Assembly: GCF_009914755.1 (NCBI RefSeq) | Contig: NC_060930.1 | DNA from: the human T2T-CHM13v2.0 reference genome, Homo sapiens | Length of the DNA stretch: 64,000 bases | Strand: one strand, 5' to 3' | Shown here: in pieces, positions 41,601 to 52,297 of the stretch | How the letters are laid out: every line of letters starts with the position of its first letter | How positions within the stretch are numbered: the first letter of the stretch is position 1 | Translations under genes and position numbers: made by a program | The notes under the pieces: generated by a model | Seen by the model: the letters and a program-made list of their open reading frames with translations, nothing else | Told to the model about the DNA's origin: nothing | Databases searched by the model: none

Positions 41601-42089
41601 CTCTTGTTCCTTGGTTGCTAGTCGCATTACAAGGATGTTTTCCCTGCGTGCAGACTCTTGCTGTTGTTGCTTTAGTTTTTCTTCAGACTCTCTTAGGCCA
41701 GTTACATCATTAGAGTTTAAGATCTGTATACTTGCCCTCCAAAGCTTGTACGTATGCTTCATATTGTTTCCATCTTAGAATTAACTCATCTGTTGCCATA
41801 ACTTTGAAGTCTGTTTCACTCAGTCGAACTTTCTTGGGAAGAGGTTCTTCTCTGGTCATCTTGAATCGAAGAGTCGCCTTTCAGGCATGGCGGGCAGTCA
41901 CTTGCCCGCCGCCGGGCCCGCCAGGAGAGGAAAGGTGAAGGGAGGGAGCGAGGCCGCCGGCCTAGCCCGATCGGAGCCTCGAGGCGCAATAGAGCAGCTG
42001 CTCCCCGGTAACACGCCCCGTCCTTTCCGGGGAGCCTGGTGCGAGCTCCGCGGGCGCCGGAGCTCAGCAAGCCCAGAATGGTCTCTTTT
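38597..42089 (-). pseudogene. WTAP: Processed pseudogene (retrocopy) of WTAP, short isoform, with 5' UTR, intronless CDS and long 3' UTR/intronic extension
   Basis: Intronless WTAP coding sequence. Perfect 16-bp target-site duplication CAGAATGGTCTCTTTT at 38597-38612 and 42074-42089. Short T-run (A-tail on - strand) at 38609-38615. GC/CpG-rich 5' UTR at 41860-42073. The symbol given is the parent gene; I do not know the locus name of this copy. Confidence 0.96.
41403..41859 (-). pseudogene. WTAP: Disrupted WTAP CDS (151-aa isoform) with a +1 frameshift
   Basis: ATG at 41859 reads MTREEPLPKKVRLSETDFKVMATDELILRWKQYEAYVQALEGKYTDLKL*, with the stop at 41710-41712. The C-terminal part (LNSNDVTGLRESEEK...SAWKFTPDR*) is in another frame (ORF track 41403..41762). 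The span is 457 nt = 456+1, with an extra A in the run at 41716-41718. Confidence 0.95.
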
Positions 42090-44754
42090 GCTAAGAGTTC
42101 ACGATCTATTCCAACCATTCTCCTGATGCCAAATTTGGCACTTCAGACATCACTTATCCCTCACTCTCTGTTTTTTTTTTTTTTTTTTTTCTCCTTGGTT
42201 TTTCCTAAATTTCAGAGGTTTTCTTGTGAACCAGAAGCAGATTGTTTCTTCACATACTCTTGGCTTAAATTCAGGAATAAGTCAGCCATCCAGCTCCAGA
42301 TATCCCAGAGCTGAGCTCAATGATCTCTCATAAGAGCCATGAAGAACACCTGATCATGAATTCTCTTCCACAGGGCATTCTGCTAATGCCTCCCCACCTC
42401 TTTCTTCTTGCAGTTTCAGGCATCTTCATTTAAGTATTTTATTGTTATTGTTAATCAACCAAATGATGTTCATCTTTATCGGCAGGCAGTTGGTGACTGC
42501 ATTTTTAGGTCACCGTGATTCTGCAAATGTGTATATTTTATCCAGATTAGATAATCGTGACTGTAAAACACAGGACAGTTCATTGATTAATTGATCATCA
42601 CAGAGTGAGATCTCTTCTTTTTAACATACCAAGGCAACTAAAGTCTGATTATGTCATTTGCTATCACATATTAGATTGGTAATAGTTTATAATTCGTATC
42701 TGTATATTACTTACTGCTTAAGTAACTGGTAACAAAAACTGTGTTCTTTAACCTTATTCTGAATCATCAAGTCAGTGAGCTTTAGATAAGGATAGCTATA
42801 AATGTAGCTCTTTCCACATCCATAAGCATGGATAAAGACAGGATTATGTAGAACAGAGAAAAATAAAACCCCTGACCTCACACAACATTAAGATCTTTTT
42901 AGGAAAAAAAAAAGGAAAAAGTAGAGCAGATATCCTGTGGAACCTTCGTGTCCTTCCATTCTTGGAGGTAAAAGGCTGAAGCCAATCTCAAACCACAGGA
43001 AACATTTTGACTTGGAGTTACAGTGACTGAGTTTAAGTCAACAATTAGCGCCAGTCGTCTGTTGGCTCAGCAACCCATATGGAAATCAGTCATAATAAAT
43101 TATTTTCTATGGTCTTTCTAATCTTACACAAAGTAATTCTTTATTGCCTTACTAGGTTTATTAAAAAAGGATTTTGATGGCTCTAAATAGCTATCAATTA
43201 ACTTTCTATTTCCTGTTATAAAATGTGAACATTACAATAGTCTTGAGTCACCCATGAACCCAAGGGAAAAAATCACTTTCGTCATCTGACCTCCTTTACA
43301 TGGGGCATAAATGTGGCCTTTATATATTGCTAATCATAACCACAATAGGACTAATCATGTTCTGATACCAAGTTAACTTGAGGAATTAGAAGAGTTCTTT
43401 CTAAGTCTTTAAAAATCTGAATGCAACCCAGAAGTTACCCAGAGGAAGTCTTTTTTGGAGGGCTTGGTTTTGGCAGAACCGAGTCTGAGGAAGGGGCCTT
43501 CTGTGATTGGTGGCACTCTGGTGTTGCTTCATATGTTGCTCTTAAAAAATATTGAAGTTTCTGTTGAATTATTTTTCCTAATGATGAAAAACAGCTGAAA
43601 TTAATGAATGCTGTGAATTTAAATAACATCACACCATTAGTCATAAATATCTCAATAGTAAACAAGCATATTACCATTAACATTTCAAATGATCAACAGA
43701 GCTGCTCAAGCTACACTTTTTTACTGGGCAAATTTATCAGTTCAAGGTTGGCTCATATTATTGTGCCTTGTCAATTCATATTATTTGGCTGCAAGATACA
43801 CCAACATATTTTGTTTTGAATAACTGCTAGTTTTTCTAAAGTGATCTATTTGGGAAGGAGGTGGCCAGAGGGAGGACTGAGGAAATATAGTTAACCTAAT
43901 TACAATATTGTGTTATTTTTCCTTTTAGTAATTTGTACAGGATGTCTTCAAATGTCTTTCTGTAAAGAAAATGTAGGCTTTTTCTTTATCAGTCAAAGTA
44001 AATGAAAATGCTAATTGATTTTAAATGAAATTATTTAGGTTAATTTTAATTTTTTGATGTTTGAAGGCAAAGTATCCCTATGCACATATAAATGGTGCAA
44101 GTCTGACATATGTAAGACTATTTGGTCAGATCACCTAAGTTTTATGAAGAAGGCTGTGTGGTGGGGGCCCTCAAAGGAAAGGCAGGGACTAATGTTTCCC
44201 CCACGGCATGCTGCTCTGCCTTGCTGCATGGGAGTCCCAGCCTGCAATTCCTTTCCCCCATTTGATGCCTTAGGGAAGAGCATCCTATTTTCTGTCAGCA
44301 TCTGCTCAGGAGTAACCTCCTTTATGAGACCTTCCCTAATTTTAATATTTTGAGGTTTTCTACCACTCAGCTTCCAGAGTCTCAGTAGCATCTCTAGTAG
44401 TGGGCTCATCTGATATTATGTACATATCTTTCCCCTATCCCCTTCTTCTGACTAAAAAATAAGGAAATATTTAAAAAGTCTATGGCCCCCTTAGGGCAGA
44501 GATTGTATCTTATTCCTGTTTCCCTCTTTATATCCCATGGATTTAGTACTGGCAGCTATAGATACTTCACAATGAAAAGGCTGTTCCTAAATGGAAGTCA
44601 TTTTGTAGAAGTGTGATCTTCTTTCAAACATGGTTACTATGCTGGGAAATACTGAAATTTCTTACCATTTAAACCAGTTACTTGTATGATTCTCTTATCT
44701 GTCACGGTTAACCTTCGTTCATAATGTTGAAAGGTTTAAATGCCCTATGAAAGG

Positions 44755-45124
44755 TGATATGGTTTGGCTGTGTCCCCACGCAAATCTCATCTTGAATTGT
44801 AGTTCTCACAATCTCCACACATCATGGAGGGGGGATCCAGTTGGAGGTAATTGAATCATAGGGGTGGTTGCCTCCATGCTGTTCTCATGATAGTGAGTGA
44901 GTTCTCAAGAGATCTGATGGTTTTATAAGGGGCTTTTCCCCGTTTGCACTTCTCCATGCTGTCACCATGTGAAGAAGGACGTTTGTGTCCCCTTCCACCA
45001 TGATTATAAGTTTCCTGAGGCCTCTAAAATCATGCTGAACTGTGAGTCAATTAAACCTCTTTCCTTTATAAATTACTCAGTCTCAGGTATGTCCTTATTA
45101 GCAGCATGAGAACAGAATAATATG
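44755..45124 (+). mobile_element. THE1 (MaLR) solo LTR
   Basis: Starts TGATATGGTTTGGCTGTGTCCCC and ends ...TTAGCAGCATGAGAACAGAATAATATG, 370 bp. 5-bp TSD AAAGG at 44750-44754 and 45125-45129. Confidence 0.92.
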
Positions 45125-46319
45125 AAAGGGATGAGGCATAAAAGTATAAGAATCATCCCTCCCTAAAGTTGAGCGAGTAGAATTTTTCCAAATAGATAAA
45201 TAATACTTCTTAGTTCGTTGATCATTGATGTACATAAACTGTGCATGCTTATTTAAAATAAGGGATGACATAGATAGGTTGTTTTTTAACATTAATGTGT
45301 TGTAGATTGGCTGAAATACTTATTGAAAATGCAGATTCTCATTCATCAGGGCTAAGTGGGGCTCAGCCATGTGCATGTTAAACAAGGATTCCATGTAAGT
45401 CTGACAGTGGTGCCAGCCAACTGTACTTTGAAGACACACTACTGTGGATGAGAAGCTTATGTGCTTAGGAACTAGTTTTCACATATGTTATTATGTACTT
45501 CTGTATGACTTTTTTTTTCTCTCATCCGCTTAGAATACAACATCACCAGGACAAAGACCTGATCTTTTACTTTCTTCTCAACTCCATTGCACTGAATTCA
45601 GCACTCTACCCTTATGGTACCCTCAGGGCAGGCATGGATGGAAAATCCTTTCAGTTCTTAGTTTATATGAGGCTGGGAGAAAGGGTGAAATCTGAGGTGG
45701 GTAACAGAACACAGAGGGCTTCACTTTTCTCAGGTGTCACATAAATATTTCTGGTTTTTAGTATCTGCACATACTAACAGAGCAGACGAAAGACAGTACT
45801 TGTGAGTCAACACACATTTATGCCCATCTTCATAAAATGCCACTGCCTCAGACAGCATCAGGGCTGTTGATCCAATATCAATCTACTGGCACCCGTATAT
45901 CACTGCCATGCTTAAAGGCTGTCATTCCTGGAGTCAAGCCTTACCTGACTCCAGGGATGAGCCTGAACTCTGATCCTCACTGATAGGCTCCTTGTGAGGG
46001 GCTCCTGCCTTTCTTTCCAGCTTCAACTATTTTACCTGCCTCAGATACACCACTGTCCAGCCATATGTGACTTCTTGGAGGTTCCCTAATATTGTAATGA
46101 GCTCTTTTGCAGTGTCCATGTACATGCCACCTCCTACCTAAAAGGACTTTACAACTTTGAGTTCCCTGTTAATGCCTACTCAGTCTTTAATGCTCAATTC
46201 CATTATCACCTCCAATGGGAAGCCTAAAGTGACAAAGCCAACTGTTCTGATGTGTTTAATTTCTCTCTTTTCAAATGCTCATCAGGCTATCATAAAAAGC
46301 TAACACTAGCTAACCTCAA

Positions 46320-46500
46320 ATATATTAGCTCATTTAATTGTTTTAACAATCCTATGAGGCATTTTTCCATTTTACAGATGAGTGAACTGATGCATTGAGA
46401 GGTGAGGTAACTTGCCCAAGTCTACACACCAGTAGTAACTAAAAGAGTTAGGATTCCAATTGATGTAGCCTGTCTCTTGCCCCAAGCTCTAAACATTTAC
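46320..46500 (-). mobile_element. MIR SINE
   Basis: CCATTTTACAGATGAGTGAACTGA...GAGGTGAGGTAACTTGCCCAAG. Confidence 0.75.
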
Positions 46501-47204
46501 ACCACAACTAAATAGTCTTTTACTTGTGTGCCTTCTCTACTAGGTGAAGTATTCTTTAAATACAGGAGCCATGTCTTATGTTTCCCAGGATTCCAATTTC
46601 CTAGAAAACTGCCTAGTCCACAGTAGATATTCACTTATGCGTGATTCGATAAGTCCTTTAATGAAATCACATGACTTTCACCTTGGCCAGAATTGCAAGG
46701 GCAGTGGAAGCCACACACACAAAAAGGCCTACTTGAGTTATCCAACCAGAGCCCATTAAGACCACCTAGTTACAGCCTATGAGGGCTTCGGAGAGACTTT
46801 CAATTTCTACACTGAAGCAAGAAATTAGTAAAATGCAATAAAACGCAACAGTAACTTACTTGCAGTTGGCTTCCAGAGCAGAGATGTCAGCTAGGAATGA
46901 CTTGTTCTTTTGGACTCATAACTATTTCTGGATTTCTTTGTGGCAAGGGACATTAGTTTCACCTCATGTGATGTGAGGCAGTGATGGGCCTAATGATCAA
47001 AGTGCCAGTGATGCTTTGTGCTCAGAGGCCTCTGACTATCATTCCTTCCCGTCAATGTTCCCAGATAGCACAGCCCAGTGCAATTTCAGAACAATTCGGT
47101 CTTCTGAGCTTTTAGCTTTGACCTTTTAGCACATGCCTGAACTTGAAGGTGGCTGTTAGTTGTTCCAAGCAACTGAGCAACTTCATTCCTAACCAAGCAC
47201 ATAC

Positions 47205-47390
47205 TCCATGCTTTTGGGTCAGATAGACCTGGGTTTAAATTACAGTTTTACCATTTACCATGTTTGAGTTTAGACAATATGTAGGGGTTCTTTAAGCCTT
47301 AGTTTTCTTGTCTCTAAAATAGAATAAACAAAAATATTTACCTTATAGGGTCACTATGAGGATTAAATGACACAATTTGTATCAAGCATT
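47205..47390 (+). mobile_element. MIR SINE
   Basis: CAGATAGACCTGGGTTTAAAT...GCCTTAGTTTTCTTGTCT...TGAGGATTAAATGA. Confidence 0.7.
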
Positions 47391-48768
47391 TCTGTGCAAG
47401 GTCACATGTCTTACAAGGCTGGGTCCAGGAAGCAAGTTCAGTTCTTTTGATCCCAGAGCCTGAACTCACAGGCCTTAGTCCCACAACACATGTTCAACTT
47501 GCTTAGATGGATAAATGTAGGCTATCCTCATTGCTTTTCATGGTAAACTTCTTTTTTATCCCGCTCCAGTGGACTCTGCCTTCTGGCACCACCACACCAC
47601 AGCAATGTCTCTCTAGGTGGTGAATGATGATAGTTGACTATGCTGACAGTTCATATGTCATCAACTATTCTATTAATTTGCAGTGTTCAAACAGTTTGAG
47701 TTTCTGTCTTGTTTGCCTGATGTGCTGAGTGGTTTGGGTTGGCAAGATGACAATGCTCCACAAATTCATTTAGATTTAGCTCTCAAGCTGATGGGGCATT
47801 CTTTCATCACTTGGGGTGACTTTCATTCAGTTAACCAAAAGAAAAGAGCATGGAAAAGTGTCAGGGTGAGGGTTCTATGGACATGACACCATAGTGGCAC
47901 ATAGCACTTCCACTCACATTCCATTGTTAGAACATATACAATATGAACATATAATTGTGAGGCCAGGTAAGGGAGGAGAATGTTGACTTTCTTGAACACC
48001 TAAAACTCTTTGCAATATTTATAGGAAAAAATAAAAATTATTATTAACTTTAATTTTTCTAATATCAGTTCTCAGTGTACCTTTACAGCCCCTTTGGAAC
48101 TACCTCTGTACTTTCCCACCATGTTGTTTTTATCAGACTGTTTATTCTATTTTAAATAATTCAAATCACTTTCTTTCATCTAAACCCCTTTAAAGGAAAA
48201 GCACAGTGCCAACTCTTTCACTGTTTTCTTTCATGCTTTCTCTCAGAAGGTGGAGGACAAAGGTGAACAGCTAACTTTTTCTACCTTAGGTCACTTAAGA
48301 TCAAATTATAGCAAGTTAGGGTAGGAAGAGGCCCTAATAATGCTTAGCTCAAAGTTTTGTTCATTTGTTTGTTTTACGTTTTTGTTGTTGTTGTTGTCAC
48401 TTTGCATGGAAGAAGAAGGTAAGACCCAGAGAGATAAAGGAGTTGCCCAGGGCTGAACCACAACTGGAGACCAAGTCCATTGGATTCCATTTTTAGTCTC
48501 TTACTGACACCTCATGTTGTCTCCTTTTGCTGTAGGGCCAGCCCTATATGGGCAATTTTACTCATTAATGTTTCCAGAATTTCTCTAATTAACCTAAAGT
48601 GTGTATTAAAGCAATAAAGTTTTGAAGTTTGTAAAAGATACTGCCAGTAAAATCTTCCTTGTATAAACTGATTAAAAGATTTTTTTTCCTATTTCTGCTT
48701 CATAATTCCATACATTTTGAAAATCACTTAGTTTTTCCTGGTGATTTCTCAATTTCAGTGAGAATGAA

Positions 48769-48801
<33 letters not shown>

Positions 48802-48846
48802 GTATATATATATGTATAATGTATATATATAATTGTATATATATAA
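48769..48846. repeat. (TG)n(TA)n compound microsatellite
   Basis: Direct reading. Confidence 0.9.
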
Positions 48847-49976
48847 TCTTAATTCTTGGCAATTGCATTTAGTGATAATTGTTTTTGTGCATTAGTCCTA
48901 ATCACTTTTTAAGCAGCAAAGCCTATTACTGTTACAGAGTGAGTTTCAGATGCCCTGCAGATTTGAGTAATTTGGGGTAATGCAGCTGTGTGTGGTAAAA
49001 AGATTTTACAATGCCTATAAAATGTTGCCTCATGACATGTTCAGCAGTGAATCTGTGGCACCATATAGCAATTTCAGGGCTTTTCATTAAATACCAGATA
49101 CCATTTACATTGTGCAGTTTTTAAACAAGAGCCATCCTCTGAGATTAGGAGAATCTGCAAGTTGCAAGGCATTTGGGAGTCCTGAATACATGGAAGGGTC
49201 TTACAGATATTTTTCTAGAAACAAACACAAAAACAACAAACAAAACCAAAAACATTCCACGAGAGAATTGTATTTTATCTACATTGTTCTCAGCTGCATT
49301 GAAGGGTATTAGCACTTCTTTTTCCTTTTCTCATCTCCCCAAAGATGATCAGAAGATCTGACTTGCAGCAAGTAGTTTGCCTGAATATACAGTTTCCCAT
49401 GAAAACAGAACAAGAAGAGAATGGGCAAACCACAGTGGATTGTATATTATTTCCTTTAAGTGTTTGGAATCACCTATCTTGGCTTCGACTACCTTTGTTG
49501 TTATTGGAAGTTAACAGATATAATTATTAAGTCAATTATTTATTAATTCAAATAAGTTACACATATTTATTTAGTCACAATATGTGCCAGGCAAATGGTT
49601 ACAAGCCCAGGATAAACAATGACTATAAAAAATAAGATCAATTTTTAAAAAATTGTTTCTGTCCTCAGAAAAGATCAAAGAGTTGTAGCTATAAATCAGA
49701 AGCTCTGGCTTCTAACCTAAAGTCAAGACTCAACTGGACATTTTTACTTGCATGTTCTAACATTGACTTAAACTCAGTCCATTCAAATCAAAGTTCATTA
49801 TTTTTGCTGAAACCATCTTTTATCTTTGACTAAAGAAAATTATTGTATTCTATAACAGCAAAGCACCATATAAGTGTTTGCTTTTTATTAGTGTTATTAA
49901 TACTAGCACTAGCACATTAATATTTAATACTAGCATATTAATAATTATCTAAGACACACAGAAAATAATATTTTGG

Positions 49977-50676
49977 TTTTTTTAAAGTATTTTCCTCCTT
50001 TCCTTTCTTTTTAATGATTTATTCATTTCAATAGGTTTTTGGAGGAACAGGTGGTGTTTGATTATATGAGTAAGTTCTTTAGTGGTGATTTCTGAGATTT
50101 TGGTGCACCCATCACCCAAGCAGTCTACACTGTACCCAATGTGTAGTCTTTTATCTCTCATCCCCCACCCACCCTTTACCCTGACTCCCCAAAGTTCATT
50201 GTATCATTCTTATGCGTTCACATCCTCATTGTTTAGCTCCCACTTATGGGGGAGAACATATGATGTTTGGTTTTCCATTCGTGAGTTACTTCACTTAGAA
50301 TAGTGGTTTCCAATTCCATCCAGGATGCTGCAAATGCCATTATTTTGTTCCTTTTTATGGCTGAGTAGTATTCCATAGTGTGTATATACATTTTCTCTGT
50401 CCACTTGGTTGATGGACATTTGGGCTGAATCCATATTTTTGCAATTGCAAATTGTGCTGCTATAAACATGCGTGTACAAGTATCTTTTTCGTATAGTGAC
50501 TTATTTTCCTCTGGGAAGAAACCCAGGAGTGGGATTGCTAGATCAAATGGTAGATCTACTTTTAGTTCTTTAAGGTATCTCCACACTGTTTTCCACAGTG
50601 GTTGTACTAGTTTACATTCCCACCAACAGTGTAGAAGTGTCAAAAAATACCAGATGTTGACGTGGATATGGTGAAA
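49977..50676 (-). mobile_element. 5'-truncated L1PB with a tiny 5' inversion
   Basis: Antisense L1 3' UTR and ORF2 C-terminus ([21 protein letters not shown]...). The strand switches at 50640/50641. Candidate TSD AGAAAA(T/C)AA(T/G)ATTTTGG at 49960-49976 and 50677-50693. Confidence 0.9.
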
Positions 50677-52297
50677 AGAAAACAAGATTTTGGATTCATC
50701 AGTTTTCCAATTCCCAAGTTCTGTCAACTAGTGCAGGCTAAGCACATCCTTTCTGGTAGAGTGTATTCACCTCTCGATATCTGCTGCCTCCAGTCTGCCT
50801 CCTTTACTAATCCATTCATTATTCTTTACCATGTAGTCTGTTTCTCAAGCTTTGCGATATCATCATAACTAGGTCACAGACTCTCAGATTTCAGTTCATA
50901 CATCTTCAGCCTCTTCTCTTAGCTGTGATGAAGACTAATATAAGTTAGGAACTGAAAAATGAGTTCAAGTTCAGGCCCTGATTCTAACCAACTGTGTAAC
51001 CCAGTGAAAGTGGAACAGCTTTTGAACCTCAGAATACTCTTCGGTAAAATAAGGAGAATAATTCAAAACTCAAGAAGTTGTACTGAGAATTAAAAAGAAA
51101 AGAGTATATTTAAAAGTCATTTATGAATGTAGACCTCACACAAATGTAAAGCTTAGTATTATGCCCCATAGTTTCTAGCTCAGCACAATAAACATTAGTA
51201 GATTAATTGATTGGTTGATTTTAAGGGAATCTCCCAAATACACTAAGGCCCTGGAAGCTTACAAGCAAATATTTGCTTTTATGTTGAAGGATAAAACTTT
51301 GAAACTGGTCCTATTGCTCTCTGACCAATTTATTCTCTGAACAGAAATAATGGCGTACGTTCATTCTTAATCCTGATGCAGATACCTCTGTGTGTTTTCT
51401 AGAGTTTTGCATTGTATGTCATACTTACAATACTGGGATTTTGTCTTGTAGCTCAGTTAGGTTTCAGGATATTTTAGAAAGAGAATTGAACTTTATTACT
51501 TTTTTAATCAATTTAACTAAAATTTATTGAAGATACATGTAGGATGTGCACATATATATTATCTGTGCCATGTAGTGATAAATTCTAGAAATACACAGAC
51601 AATTTGAATGTATAAATTCTATCCTCCAGGAGCATCCAGTCTGGTAAGGGAGTTATATATGACCTCTTTGGATTCCAGAGACCTACTCATATTATTTGCT
51701 GTGTTTCCATGTGCATATCACTTTACCTCTCTGAATCTAAATTTCCTTAATTATTAAATGTGATTACTTCATGGAACTATATTGAAAATTAAGTATGCTA
51801 GTATATATCTATCTGACAGACACACAGAGAGATAATAAATGCTCGATTATTTTCCTTCCTTCATAATTTCATGTAAGTTAGGCCTTAACTAAACAAATAG
51901 GTGACTGTTCCAGTTTGGAGAAAGAGTCTGACCAGCAGCCACAGACACCATCCTAACCAAGATAGTTTTACGCCCTGTTCATCAGGCCCCCAGTAATATT
52001 AATATAATGCTTAGTATTTTATTGACTGAATAGCATGTGGCAGGAGCTTTATATGCATTATCTTAAGTCTTTATGACAACTCCAACATGTAGAAAGTATC
52101 CGCATTTTCTCAGGTGACAAATTAGGGTTGAGGCATAGGTATGAAGGGAGGGGGCTGTGGAAACTGACTGCTTTAACAGGAATCCCAGAGCTACCTATAA
52201 TTGCTATGGGACTGACCTTGGATAAGTTTTGAATTTTCAAAACTTGAACATAGCCACTTCAGTAGAATGACAGAACCTTACATAAAAGGGATGATGA

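Noticed and set aside
38597-42089. Naming this copy WTAPP1 or assigning a chromosome
   Set aside because: I recall WTAPP1 lying in the MMP cluster, and no MMP exons are visible here. The locus cannot be identified without a search.
41732-42314. Several overlapping ORFs across the WTAP 5' UTR, including 41816..42118
   Set aside because: Expected in GC-rich sequence. 41816..42118 is out of frame with both WTAP frames and the others are antisense.
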